This document shows positions 13,527 to 27,100 of a stretch of 64,000 bases of DNA, in pieces. Position 1 is the first letter of the stretch. The number at the start of each line of letters is the position of its first letter. The translations under genes and the position numbers were made by a program. The notes beneath the pieces were generated by a model, which saw only the letters and a list, made by a program, of their open reading frames with translations, was not told the DNA's origin and did not search any database. The DNA is taken from NCBI GenBank assembly GCA_013239625.1, contig MU053487.1:248001-312000 (forward strand), in the 5' to 3' direction. The DNA is from Lama guanicoe (taxonomy: Eukaryota).

Positions 13527-13678
13527 CTTGGTTCAAGTAAGTGAGCGTTTCATCGTGCAGCTTGACTGCCGGTGACGTTGCTGCGCACATCACGTACTGA
13601 AAGGGCGGGTGTTTAGTTTCATCATCCAATGGAAGGCTGGAATCTTCCTGCTTGAAAATGGGCAATGCCAAAACATCG
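13527..13678 (-). CDS. UBP1: UBP1 coding exon 2 (152 nt)
   Basis: (S)[50 protein letters not shown](G); acceptor TTTGCTTTCCAG, donor GTTAGT. Confidence 0.96.
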
Positions 13679-14396
13679 CTGGAAAGCAAAAAATCAAAAG
13701 TGACCTTACTTTGGGTTTAAAATATTTCAGAGCATAGAGAAACATTTAGGGGTAGTTTCTTTTAAAATTTAAGATCAGAAATGGTATGTAGAATAGAATA
13801 ACTACTAATGCTAATCTGGCTCTCCTGAGAGAAAGTTTTAATAACCCCTACCTCTAGTGAGTGTGGCAGGGGGAATGAATGGCGATGATTGGGCAGAAGT
13901 ATTCAAGAAAGAAATATTTAAATTAGAATAAAAAGTATTTAACAGTTAAAAAAAAATCCAAACTACTGACAGAGATCAGACTGATAGTATTTACGGTATT
14001 TAAAAAAAAAGTTATGTCAAAGAATTCTTTAAAAACTTTAAACTCATTATTTCTATAAAAAAAAAGAAAGAGCAAGAGTACGTACATAGCCACCTGTTTT
14101 GAAAGGTACGCTGGCACCGTGAAATCACACTAAGAAGCATTAGATTAAAGTGGTACTTTACAAAAAGTTCCCCGCTAGGCCTGGCCAAGTGCTGAGAGCA
14201 GAGAGCTTCATGCCTAGTCTAGAATAACAGCTTCTTCTGAGAAGCAAACAGCAGCAGTAGAAACAGCTGCTATTTTTTCCCCCAAGAATAACCTGGGGTA
14301 TTGACTGGGAAAGGGATGGGGTGGCTTCTGGGGCACTGTCTATATTCTATTAACTTGCATGGCTAAACACATTATGGATGTGTTTGGTTTGTCCTT

Positions 14397-15040
14397 TTTT
14401 TTTTTAAACAGCTGAGATAAAATTTACATACCACAGAATCCACCCTTTTAAACTGTGTAATTCAGTGGTTTTGAGTACAGTGTATTCACAGAGTTGTGCA
14501 GTCTTCACCGCTACCTAATTCCAGAACACTTCCAGCTCCTGGGAAAGAACTACGCTTAGCAGCCACACCTATTCGTACCCCGCCACCCTATCCCCAGCCT
14601 TGGCAACCACTCATCTGCCCGTCTCTATGGATCTGTCTATGCTGGATATTTAGTGCAAAGAGAACCATGCGGCCTTTTGTGACTGGCTTCTTTTACTCAG
14701 TGTGTTTTCAAGGTCCATCCATGTTGCAGCACACATCAGTACTTCATTCCTTTTCATGGCCGAATGATATTCCATTGTTATGAATATGCCACATTCTGTT
14801 TATCTATCATCAAAAGATGGCCCTTCGGCTTGTTTCCACTTGTTGGCTATTATGAATAATGCGGCTATGAACAGCTGCATATGTTTTTGTGTAGACATGC
14901 GTTTACTTCCCTTGGATATATATCTAGGAGTAAAACTGATGTGTCATATGGTAACTCTGTTTAACTTTTTGAGAAACAGCCAGACTGTTTTCCAAAGTGG
15001 CTGCACCATTTTACATTCTTACCATCAATATATGAAGAGT
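14397..15040 (-). mobile_element. L1M(B)-like fragment (ORF2 end plus 3' UTR)
   Basis: Poly-T start, then antisense L1 text (TTCCACTTGTTGGCTATTATGAATAATGCGGCTATGAAC...CCAGACTGTTTTCCAAAGTGGCTGCACCATTTTACATTC). Confidence 0.85.
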
Positions 15041-16019
15041 GGATTTTTTTTTAGATAATTCACTAAGCTGTACATTTATATCTTGATAATTTTTCTATGT
15101 CCCTTCCTGAGTAAAAAGTAAAATAACAGTGAAATATTCAAATGAAAAACTACCATATCAACCCCAACAGCAAAGACTTGTCTGAATTGCTTGTTTCTTC
15201 TTACAAGCTGTTAACTGACTCAGATGTTTGGCTAGCCCCATTTTAATTAAATTCAATTGAAAAACAAAATGTGGAAATAAATGAACAGAAAGGGAAACCC
15301 TGTATTCCCTCCTCCCACATACATTTCTACTGAAGCACTAGACTGACTATTCAGGGACTAAACTACCCATTAATTCTCCTTTATTTATACCTAGGAACTG
15401 TCAAAACACTGCTAAGTCAAAAGTATAATGGAGAAACACATAGTCAGCAGTGGTCCCCAGCACCCCTGTAGGACAGATATAAAACCCGAGGCAGATATAA
15501 AAACTTTTCAGGAAACTTACAAATGGTACTTCAAGACTCAGAGCAGCTCTTTATAAAGAACAATCATAACAGTCAAGATGACTCCACCATAGATGAAAAA
15601 AATTATGTGTTCTTATGTCATATATATGGAAACATTAAAAGTTCTCTTGGTGAGAAAGAAATAAAAAATGAGATATAACTCAGACACACTAATTAATTAT
15701 ACCGAAAAGTAACATGGAGAATAATTTTCAGATCTTAATGCTAACTGCTTGTGTTGATCATTAAATACAGGTCATTAAAATAAGACATCAGACTACATAA
15801 GAATGGCTACTTATAAATAAACGGTCATATATAATAAACACAGATCCTAGAAAGCAACCACTATTTTATTCACTTGGTTATAGCCTAGATGACCCACACA
15901 GGAACACTATACTCATGGCAGGTGCTATATTATTCTTGAATAAACTTAACACATAAACAGGTAGAGATCATGTGTTCTTGAAATCCCAATTAATTTTTTA
16001 CTTCATTAAAAAGAAAATG

Positions 16020-16500
16020 CATTCCAACCAACAGTCACCAGAGTGAGCCTCTTCAAACAAAAGTCAGATCATTTCATTCCTCTGAACTCTCCATCAGCTC
16101 ACTTTCAAAGCAAGGGTCCTTACAAGGTCCATCAAGGTCCTACTTCATCTCTTCTTTCTTTTTGCTCCACCCACCCTCAGCCCTTCTGCCCAGTCACACC
16201 AGCCTCCTTCCCTGTTTTTCAGGGCCTTTGCACTGGCTCTATTCTTCTGCTGATGCCCTACTGGCTCATTTCATTCAAAATGTCACCTTTTCAGAGACAA
16301 CTATAACCCTCCCATCTCCACTCCCAATTTCCCCTTTCCTACTCTATTTATCATAAAGTGTTTCACTTTCTAACAGTATACATGACTTAGGTTGTATCCC
16401 CCATAAGTATATTACCACCCCTCAAACTGGTTTCTCTTCACCGATTAAAGCCAGCATCTAGCACAAAGGAGCTCAAATATCTGCGGAATGGATAGATGAA
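16020..16500 (+). mobile_element. L2 3' end remnant
   Basis: AAGTCAGATCAT..., CAGGGCCTTTGCACTGGCT..., AAATGTCACCTTTTCAGAGA..., CTCAAATATCTGCGGAATG resemble the L2a 3' end. Confidence 0.65.
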
Positions 16501-17099
16501 TTGCAGCACTGATAAACAGTTGGGACTAAAATGAAGAACTAGGTCTCCAGATCATTTAAGATCATAAATTCTACTAGGCTGAAGTATAAGAAAGTTCTGG
16601 TATTCAATTGTTTTTGTAATCTCATATCCCAGACAGGTAGGACTCCCAGGCATCTGACAAGCAAATGAAAAGCCTCAAGGCTTCAAATTATTGCAAGTAA
16701 TTTTGAAATGCCAGTATCCAAAAATAACCAGGCACACAAAGACAAACAAGACTTTAGGAACAAGAACCAACAGCAAAAACAACAGATGGCAAATACCCAG
16801 TTCCAGAGCCGGCCTGTTGGTATTCAGTTCTCTTCTGCCTCTGCTGCAGGGGGTGAGAGGTCTGAAAACTACATATGAGACGTCTTGCCAGCTGGGACCT
16901 TGCTAGGTCACTCCAAAAGGAAGGACTGGTGGGAAATTACAAGGGAGTGGGGAAGAGCAGAGGCAGGAGACCACAGCAGCAGCAGCCAGCCCTCCTCCCT
17001 GAATCCTTCTAGCACCTCTGCTATCAAATACTTCACTAACTCCTTCTCTGCTCCAACATCTCAGTGGTTTCTGCTCTCGTGATTGGACACAGACTAATA

Positions 17100-17790
17100 C
17101 CTGCAAAGGCTTCAAGATGCCAGAGTTATTGGACCCATAAGATAAAATTAAGCTTACTCTGTTTAAAGAAATAAAAGACAAGCCTGAAAAGATCCGTAAG
17201 GAACAGGAAATTTTAAGGGAGAGCAGAACCGAAAAGGAACAAACACAGCTTCTAGAACTGGAAAGCAAAATTGCTAAAATTAAGAACTTGGGTTTAGGAA
17301 GAAGGGTATAGCTCAAGCAGTAAAGCGCATGCTTAGCGTGTATGAGGTCCTGGGTTCAATCCACAGTACCTCCTCTAAATAAATAAATAAGCCTAATTAC
17401 TTACCCCTGCAAACAAAACAAAAAAACAAACAAAGCAAAAAAGAACTCCGGTTTAATAGCAGCTCACAGAGAAATGAAGAGTATATAAGGAAACTGGAAT
17501 ACAGGTAAAAAGAAATGATTCAGAAGGCAGCACAGAGAGCAAAATGACAGAAAATGCAGAAGAGACATTAAGAAAGAAAATATCAGGTGAGAACATTTTA
17601 CACTGAAGTCTCAGATAAGGAAAGAATGGGGCAGAGGCAATATTTGAGATAAAGGTTAAGCAAATTCCAGAACTGATGAAATACACGAATTTGCTGACTC
17701 AAGAACCCCAAATAACCAAAGTAGGATAAATAATTTAAAAATCTACATCTAAACACATGGAGAAAAAATGCAAAGTCAGTATAGTAGGTG
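17100..17790 (+). mobile_element. Ancient L1 ORF1-region remnant, interrupted by a SINE
   Basis: A-rich degenerate text such as CAAACACAGCTTCTAGAACTGGAAAG, GAATGGGGCAGAGGCAATATTTGAG, TTCCAGAACTGATGAAA, AAATCTACATCTAAACAC. Confidence 0.6.
17297..17440 (+). mobile_element. tRNA-Ala-derived camelid-type SINE with target-site duplication (TSD)
   Basis: SINE head and tail; flanks AAGAACTTGGGTTTA (17282-17296) and AAGAACTCCGGTTTA (17441-17455). Confidence 0.9.
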
Positions 17791-18829
17791 GAATTTCCAT
17801 TTTCTTAGTAAGGTACCAAGTATGGAAATCAACCAGAAGTAGGCCCTGGGAGGGAGAGTGGTGGGTCTGAGCGGCCATCATCCAGTCCTTGAGGAGAGTG
17901 GGAGAGGGAACGGATTGGAGGGACTGACAGGCACTACTGTGGGACCACTGAGCAGCAAAAGGGAAGCACCTGAGAGCTGAGGTCATTTACGTCCAGTGAG
18001 GCCCAATCAGCACTTTCCTGGAGCCACATTCAGCTACTTCAGAGCAAAAGAAATCAAATTTAACCTGGGTTATAGTTTTACTAACATCAAAAAGAGGAGA
18101 GGGGACTAAAGCAAGAGGGGGCAAGAGAGACGAGGGTATGTGCAGGGAAGTCGTTACAATGACTGACATGGAAAGTTACACTGGCTGGGGAAGACAACAG
18201 GCGTCCAGAGGTGAGGAGCTGTGACCTGAGAGCAGCACGAGATCTCAGAGTGTCCAGTGCTGGCAGAGCAGGGTAACAAGGGAACGAGCTGAGAGGCAGG
18301 AGGTGGTGGATGAACTCTGAATTGGAGATTATATAGCTGGGCTGTGTGATGGCAGTGTCAAGGTCTAACGCCCAAGCACAACAGGACTGACAAGCTGAAG
18401 ACAAAGTCATTATAAGAAAGAAAATCAAGGAACTGAAGCTTCAGGCCACTGGAAAGTCCATTTAAGTACTTTCTGAAGTCACAAAGAATTAAGACAATAG
18501 TTCTGTTAGCTAATGACAGTGAGTCAGGACCTAGAATTTTTAAATGAGGTATGACCCAGAAATTGGAAGATGACGGTGATAGCTGGGTAACTGGTGACAT
18601 TCGGTGACATGAAATTCAAAGCTGGGGGTCTTGCAGGGAGGGAGAGAGGGAGAAGAGCTTGGAAGTGGCAGTGAGGAGGGAGAACTCTCCCCAGCATCTT
18701 GGGGCGGTGGCAGGGTGTGCAAATGAACCACTGCCACTCGAGATGGCTTCAGGGGAAAAGTGTCCTCAGAGCAGAGCCAGGTTTCCAAAAGAGAAAGAAG
18801 GGGAAGGTATCGGTAGGAGACAAAGTTGG

Positions 18830-19321
18830 CTCCATCAGCTTCCTAGGGCTGTCGTCACAAAAAAACTAAAACCTGGTGGCCTGAAACAGCAGAGATTTGC
18901 TGTCTCACAGTTGAGGAGGCAGTAAGTTCGAAATCAAGGTGTTGGCAGGGTTGGTTCCTTCCGAGGGCTGGCACGGGGTGGTGGAGGGTTGTGGTTCCGA
19001 CTGGCCTCCCTCCCAGCATCTGGTGTTGGGTGGCGATCCTGGGTGTTGTTTGGTTGCAGGTGCATCACTCCAGGCATGTGGCCAGCTTCTCCCTGTGTGT
19101 CCCCAGTCTTCCCTCTGTGCACGTCTGTCCAAATTTCCCCTTTTTATAAAGACATCAGTCATATTCAACCAGTGCCCACCCTGATGACCACATTTGAACT
19201 TGATTATCTTTGTAAAGACCTTATTTCCAAATAAGGTCACATTCTGAGGTACTGAGGGGTGTAGAGGGTGACTAGGACTTCAACATGCCCTTCTTGAGGG
19301 GGCACAATTCGACCCATAACA
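18830..19321 (-). mobile_element. MLT1B/C-like MaLR solo LTR
   Basis: TCTCACAGTTGAGGAGGC...AAATCAAGGTGTTGGCAGGGTTGGTTCCTTC...CTTATTTCCAAATAAGGTCACATTCTGAGGTACT...CACAATTCGACCCATAACA. Confidence 0.85.
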
Positions 19322-19559
19322 TTGATCATTTAGGGGATTTTTTGATAGACTGAGAATTCCAGAGGGCAAAGCGGAAGGATCTTGGAAGTGGTAATAATGG
19401 GGAGCTGGCTACAGGGAGGAGGATGTGCAGAGCACTGTTATCAGAGTCCCGGGAAAAGGAGTGTTCTAAACACCTGGAAGTCCTCCTAGTCCTGACAGAC
19501 AAGAACCAAGGGCACAAAAGGACTAGTCCAGTATGCCCCCCAACTCAGGCATATGTCTA

Positions 19560-21400
19560 GAGAGACTGTTCAAAAAGACAAGGAACAAATAAGAATAAAA
19601 AAGATGTAACTAGTGATATAAAAACTAATTAAGATGAGATTATCACTAACAACTGTACATTAGCATATTTGAAAATATGGATAAGATGAACAATTTCCTA
19701 GAAAAATAACACGAAAACTTTCTTCAGGACATAAAAAGCTTTAAAAAATTATCCTAGAAATTCTCCCCTAAAGAACACTTTCACAGGTGAGTTCTACCAG
19801 ATTTATAGTGGCAGCTTTTATACGCACTCAACAGAACAGAAACAGAGGGAATACTTTATAATTCATTTTATGAGACTTACGTAATTTTGAAATCAAAACT
19901 AGGTATAAACAAAACTAAAAAACAGCTCATTTCAGCCATAAATATAGGTGCAAAAATCCTAAATTAAGTATTAACAAGCCAAATCCAAGAGTATAATGAC
20001 AAACAATGATCTAGTTGAGTATTTCCCAGGAACACAAGGACAGAGTCCAGAATCTAGAAACAGAACATCATATTCAGAACTTGATGGGCACTGGATTTAG
20101 AAGAGAATGGCATTATAAAGAGGTGAGAAATAATGCCTTTTCAGTGGTATTGGGTGAGCTGCATATTCACACAGGGGTAACTGTAACTGGCCTCCTGTCA
20201 TACCACATGGAAATGGAAGGGGAAAAATCAACTCCAGAGAGGCTACAAACCTAGATGTAATATGCAAAGTACTAAATCTTTTGAAAAGACTGTAAGAATA
20301 TCTTTCTACCCTCAAGAGTAGGGAAAGACTAATGCTAAATACAAAGGCTGGTCAATCTGATCATATCCAGACCAAGAACTTCTGTTCAAGAACAAAGCTA
20401 CCAAAAGGAGAATGGAAAGGCAGGTCACGGAGTAGAAGAAAGTATTTGTGAAGCACACGTACAGTCAAATGCCAGGATCCAGAGTATATGCAAGACTACA
20501 ACAAAAGACAGAAAACAGAGAATTGAATGAAAACAAAGGTGCTGCCTTCAAGACTTGGGAGACTTACAGATAAATATGCAGCCATGCATCTATTAGAAAA
20601 CACACACCAAAACCAAGGAGGAGGCATCCAAGTAAAAAAGGTGGAAAATAGCAGAAGCAATCAAGACAAGAATTAAAAATAAAACAGAAGACAAACCAGA
20701 GAGAAAAAAACAAAACCAAAGTTTGGTTTCTTATAAGACACTAGATACAGACAAACCTCTGAAATAGGTCACAGAAGAAGGAAAAGACATGCAATACAGA
20801 GTGAAAGAAAACGAGTAATCACAAACACATAGAGATCAGTTAAAAAAAAAATCAGAAAAAATCCCCAAACTGGCTAAGGTATATAAATTGTGAATATTCC
20901 TATGTCCATTAAATAAATTACATATGCAAACATTTACTCATTAAAAAAAAATTAAAATCACCAAACCCAGGCCAAATTCCAAGTGAATTTTACAAAAGTT
21001 TGAAGGAACAATTAAGTCTCATCTCATAAAAAAAATTTCACCGATGAAGAGAAAACTAGCCAGCTCACTAGAAGCTGATATAACCTTAATGCTTTTTTTT
21101 TTTTTAAGAAGGCCAGGAGTACAAGAAGAGAAAACTGAGGACCAGTCTCATCCAGGAATAGAGGTTTGGAAGCATTCTCCAATCAGTAAAAAGACTAAAG
21201 ATTCAAGTTCTCAGTGTTTCTAAACAACACTACAGTGAAAGCCAGGGCTTATCCCACACTAAGGGAAGAAAATGAAATGTAAAGATTACACAGATGAAGC
21301 AAATCTATCATTATTTAAAGATATTAACTAGGAAATCTGAGATTCTACAAATTATGAGAACTAATAAATTCAGCAAGGTCCTGCAAGGGGAAAAAGAAAA
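19560..21400 (+). mobile_element. Fragmented ancient L1 ORF2 remnants
   Basis: A-rich; motifs such as TTCACAGGTGAGTTCTACCAG, AATTCATTTTATGAGAC, GCAAAAATCCTAAAT, CTAATAAATTCAGCAAGG. Boundaries approximate. Confidence 0.6.
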
Positions 21401-21699
21401 AAGAAAAAAAAGCACGACACAAGAGTAAGAAAAAAATATATGTAACATTCCCAACTGATTTTCCTCCTATCCAGAAAGATCATCCACTCCCACAAGAAGA
21501 CGTCTAAGTTACTCATCGGGAGGCAACCAAAAGGTGCAGTGGAAAGAAGTGGAGGTCAGACTTCAACTCCAAAGCTTCAAATCCCAGCTCTGCCCTTTGC
21601 TGAGTGACACCGGGGCTCTGTCTACAAAGCCAATAATGGATTTGTTTTTAATTTCAGAATTAAATATTTCACGTATCCAAACTCTAGGCATACATTAGA

Positions 21700-22780
21700 C
21701 CAAAGATTCTCAAAGTGTGGTCACAGAATCCTGGGGAACCTGAGACTCTTTCGGGTGTTCAGGAGGTCAAACCTATTCTCAGAATACTGAAACATTATTT
21801 GCCCTTTCACTCTATTGACATTTGCAGTGATAGTACAAAACCGATGGTGTTAAAACTGCAGGTGCCTTGGCACGAACCAAGGCAGTGTACTAGAAATACT
21901 GGCAGTTACTGTATAAAAGCTATTATTAATTTTATTAAATATTGGCCCTTGGGTAGGTATAAAGTATTTCTGCTGCACACCTAAGTATAATGGTTATCTC
22001 AAGGAAAAGTTTTAATAAAACTACGATCTGTGAGCAGATCTAACAATTCCTCTCACAGAGTATTATTTTTAATTGAAAGAAAAACTGATAAACTCTGATT
22101 ATTCAGACCTGGGTATCTGACAGAAACTTCCTCAAAAATGAATAAAATGAGCCTATCATTTCCAGGAAAACTGTGCTAGCATTTGTCGCCAGTGATAAAA
22201 CCTGAACGCTCCACCGTATGCCTTCCCTGATGGGGATATTAAGGAATGTAATTTTTTGATACTGCATAGTGAATAGTGTCAACATTTAGAAAATCTGCAT
22301 AGCTCAAGATTTGCAAATGACCAACACATGCATGTTTCAAAATTATGCAGGATAAGCGATCCAGTCAAAGTTCAAAAGAGACAAGTTGATTCTAATGTAA
22401 CAGTACAAAAAGTACATTGATACAGTATCCAATTCCACACTGCAACTTTAAGAAACTACCACTTGTCAAGTGCTGGCATATTAGAAAAATACGCAAAATG
22501 ATCTGAAAGGGCTATTAAAATAATCATCCTTTTTTCAATGACATATTTATGTGAGACTGGATTTCTTTCACATGTCAACCAAAACAGTATATTCCTATAG
22601 CAGATAGGAGAATCTTTAGCTTTTCTAAGCCAGATATTAAAGAGGTTTGCAAAAACTGTAAGGCAATGCCACTCTTCTAAGTGTTTTGTTTTGGAAAAAA
22701 ATTAAGAAAGTACATTTATGGTAATACTTAATGGTTTGTCATTGCTATTTCGAATAAAACTAATAAACCAAAATTCCTTG
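21700..22780. mobile_element. Charlie1-like hAT DNA transposon remnant
   Basis: Begins TTCTCAAAGTGTGGTC...CAGGAGGTCAAAC...GACATTTGCAGTGATAGTACAAAA; internal text resembles Charlie1a/b. Confidence 0.75.
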
Positions 22781-23025
22781 ATTATGTGGCAACTCAAAAC
22801 ATACAGCATACTATTTATACTATTTTATTCAGACAGACTGAGACAAAGCAGTTCATAAATGAAATGTACCAACAGTGGTCCTACTCTACTCAAAGTCATT
22901 CTGCTAAATGACAGAGATCCTTCAAAAACTAAATGGTATTCCTAGGTATATCCTATCTACGCTTCCAAATTTTTTTTTACGTGTTTAAAAACAACAGTTC
23001 TGACCACAACATATCAGAAGTGTCA

Positions 23026-23174
23026 GGGGGAGGGTATAGCTCAAGTGGTAGAGAGCATGCTTAGCATGCACTAGATCCTGGGTTCAATTCCCAGTACTTC
23101 CTCTAAAAAGAAAGAAAGAAACCTAATTACTTCCTCTAGCAAAAAATAAACAAACAAAAATTAAAAAAAAGAGC
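23026..23174 (+). mobile_element. tRNA-Ala-derived camelid-type SINE with TSD
   Basis: GGGGGAGGGTATAGCTCAAGTGGTAGAG...; flanking AAGTGTCA at 23018-23025 and 23175-23182. Confidence 0.9.
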
Positions 23175-23208
23175 AAGTGTCAGAGTCATAAAAGAGAAGG
23201 AAAGACTA

Positions 23209-23275
23209 CACCTGAATTAACACAACACTGTAAATCAACTATACTTCAATAAAAAACATTTTTAATTTAAAAAAG
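23209..23275 (+). mobile_element. Extremely 5'-truncated L1 3' tail with 16-bp TSD
   Basis: CACCTGAATTAACACAACACTGTAAATCAACTATACTTCAATAAAAA; AGAGAAGGAAAGACTA at both 23193-23208 and 23276-23291. Confidence 0.85.
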
Positions 23276-23970
23276 AGAGAAGGAAAGACTAAGGAATTGT
23301 CATTGAAGGAGGCAAACATAAAATTACACATAAAACATGACAGCTTGTAAATATAAAATTATTTAAAAATGAAAAGTTTTGTAAGTAAAAAAGTTCAACT
23401 GCCAATACATAAATAAATGACTAAAAATTAGTTGTCATAGTTCATAACAAGACAATTTCACAATCCCCTCCAACTTAGAAAGTTTAAACAAAAAGTCTCT
23501 ACTCCCAAGGTTCAACACAGCACAGTTTCCCATTTATCTACTAGGTATGTCCCAAAGCAAGCAAAATATTACAGAGCTTCCTTCATAGTCATAGACACTA
23601 CAGCTAAAAAAAGCTGAGGAATCAGATGTTATTTCCACCAAAAGCAAATGTTTAAGTTGTCCTGACAAACTGACAAGTGTCACTGTCATGAAACATATCG
23701 TTTATTAGACCGTATCAATAAACTACCAAGTTTCAAACAGTGCTGATGGAAGGATATAAACTGCACTGAATCTTACGCTTAGTGCAGGGAGGGGATACCC
23801 TAGTTTTAAGAACTGAACACAATAAAATCTATGGACAAAAAATAGAATGTATATAAATTAGCTGAGTGAGTTCTTAGTTGTAAAATTACTTTTTGAATAT
23901 AAGGTTTCAATACTCAGCAAATGTTTTTCCAAGGCAATCAAAGTATATTATTAGAATCTATCCTTTAGAG

Positions 23971-24144
23971 CAAGGGTCAACAAAGGCCAAAGGTCAAATC
24001 CAGCTGGCCTGTTTTTGTACAATCATGATCTAAGAATGGTTTTTACATTTTTTAAAGGGCTGTACATAGCAACAGAGACCCCTGGTCTACAAAGCCTTAA
24101 ATATTTACTATCTGGCCTTTTAGAGAAAAGATTTGCCAATACCA
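23971..24144. mobile_element. MER58-like hAT MITE
   Basis: CAAGGGTCAACAAA...CAAAGCCTTAAATATTTACTATCTGGCCTTTTAGAGAAAAGATTTGCCAA. Confidence 0.75.
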
Positions 24145-27100
24145 GCTTTAAAGCAATAAATTTAATTTTGTCTGATTAATTTAATGAATTTAATTATTCA
24201 TAATTTAGGTATTAATTATAGTGTCCAATGTGGACACTATAGTCTGAAATCAGTATCTTTTTATCAGTAATTTACTAAATTCTTTCTTGTACTTCAGCCA
24301 AGATTAAATTCAGAAAACAATTTTAAAATGTGAAATGAGAAATTTTATAGAAATTAGTGCCAATTCAGGAAGCAGTCTCAGGTATCATCATAATACATTT
24401 TTAAAATTTCTCTCATCCTGAGAATGTTATATATTTCCAAGAAATGTCACCTACTCAAGGACACTCTGTCTTAGCATGAGACCCAAAGAAAATCATCAGC
24501 TATTAAACTACATAATAAGCCATATCCTTAGTAATTTTTTACTAACTAAACAATGGTCAAAGTTGAGATTTTCCCATTATCTCAAAGGGTCTATAAACTG
24601 ACATTTTAACCTTTCAATCAATATAGGAAATTTGTCTTCATCCCAAAGCAGTTCTGATTTAGCAAATTATTTGTAAACTAAGGATCCACTTCTCACTTTA
24701 GAATATGTAAAGTACACCTTGTTTCAAAACAGATTTATACCACAGCAAAGTTTAACAGGGTTCAGACCAATGCCCTTTGTAAGGTAGTAACATCAAAAAA
24801 AGCTTTCATGTGTAAAGAATTCACATTACTCCTTTTATTTTTCAAATTACTCCTTATATCCTGAAAATTAATTTACTATAGATTATACATTTCATGTGAA
24901 CAGTAAAGTGGAAAGAAAATTACCAGGTGGCCCAAAAGACCCTCTTAGAGCAGTTTTAATGAGTTTTACTTTTTAAAGTCATTTGGTTATCTGCTCCTTA
25001 CTTCACAAAACAGAAATGACCCAGATTTCCAGTTACAATCGGTTTTGGCCTTCACTCACTGAGAGGAAACTCAGCCCTCATTCGGAATGGTACAACCATG
25101 AACCATCACTTTAACATCTAAGAGCTTCGATTTACTCACTTATAAGAAAAGGATTGGTCTACTAGTTCTCTAAGGTCTCTCCATTCATCTCCAGAACCCT
25201 GATACTGTAACTAAGACTGTAAGAAACATTTATGACCTGCTTCATTTCAGATAAAATCTGCAGCAGCCTATGCTTCACATACAAATGTGGTACAACAGTA
25301 CACACAGAAGAACACACACAATGAGAACCAGAGCACAGGAAAAAAGGGAAGAAGCAAAGATATTATCAGAAATTAGCCTCATCATACCCCAATACCATCA
25401 ACCTACATTGTTTAATGCAAATATATTTATAAATTAAGTCAGACTATTGAGAGAAACCCTGCCTTTCTTATATGCTATCTTCCCCCAAAGCTGAGGAAAC
25501 CAGTTCCTAAAAGAAGTCTTTAAAAATACCTCTTGGTTTAAACCATTCAAAAAACAAATATAGTAGACATTATTCACTTTTAAAGAAAAATGGAAAGCTG
25601 CCTCCAAAGCAAAATGTTTATCAAGTCACTTTTCCAGTAATTTCAAATTGAGTGCCTCCAGTTTACTTCTTGAACTTGATGGAACAAATGAGAGAAAAAG
25701 ACAAGCATCCACAGCCTTACTTCCCTGGAGCTAGAGTTTACTGGATCCAGAGGAGAGGCTGACTGCCCTGGGAGAGAAAAGCTGCCGGGCACTCCCAGCT
25801 CCAGGGTGGGGCGTGGGAACCCCAAGGGCCATCAAAGCAGGCCTGCAACAGCCTCAAGCCTCCTACAGACCTCGAGATCAAGTCAATTTTGGAATTTCCT
25901 AAACTTGAACTTAAATTAAAGACCTTGAATTTGCAAGAGGCAAGTACTCTCATCGGCTTTCCTTCGTCTTTGAGGTGCAATTAAATATGAAAAAAAGTAA
26001 GTAAGCTCTTTAAAAATGGTATTTGCCTTCAAAGATACTTGAAAATGTAGATTAAATGGCACATACCATATAACCAATAACTAAAAACAATCAATGGAAG
26101 AAGTCTCCCCCTGGAAAGCGTTGTAAGAAACAGAATTAAAAAGACGTCAGGCATTACTTTAAGAACAAGGCAACAAAAAGGTTTAGTATCAAGATTTCAT
26201 TTCCTTTTCATGGAATAAACCATAAACAGAAGTTCATTAGTTGGCTGAATCACTACAACAAATAGAACTCTAGGGGAAAGAAATGTAAAAGTTCAAAATA
26301 ACCCTCAAAGTAAAGCTCTCAGCAGAAAACTTTCATTCTAGGATAACTGAAAAGACACACTGAAATTGCATCTTCACGCCCTGACTGCAAATCCAGCGTC
26401 TCAAGGAGCAACAGAGCACGTGAGGCCCGTGCTTTCACTAGGGAATCAGTGCCTCTAGCACTGCTGACCCAGGTGACCCTATGACTTTCAGTAGCTCAAT
26501 TTCCTCAACAACTGAGACAGTTGTTCTAGAAAATTAAGCCACCTCACGCAGAGCCCTCAAGTTGCACAACTGCAGAGAGAGGAAGTGCCAGGTGCAGGAA
26601 GACCAGTACAGACCCAATCAGGGTCAGCGACTGGTGACCTAAGGCTTTCCTCGGTGCACTTCCACACCCCGAGAAACACTTCCACCTTCCTGAGAGTTCT
26701 TTAAAGCGCAGGGTTTCTAAGATTTAAAAGCCGAATTATTTCAGGGGGCAGCCCTATCATCAGAGGCCTACTTTGACCCAGAAGGCTTTCTTCTTCAGGA
26801 CTCTCATGCTCTCTGTCCCACTCTACCCTCTCCAGAGCGGCAGTGAGATGTAGGAAAGCTACTGGGAAACTGGACGGCATTTCAAAGACATAAGGCATTA
26901 AAGAACATGTACATTCGGGAAAATCTCACTTAACTCGCATATATGAAATATTGCCAAACCATTCAATTTTACACTTTCATCGAGTGAACCTATAGTACGC
27001 AAGCTATATTTCCCTAAAGCTGCTAAAAAATAAAAATGCAGAGCTATCAAACTGATATGGAGTTTAAAAAAAAAACAGTATAAAAGCGAGACTAAGCTCA

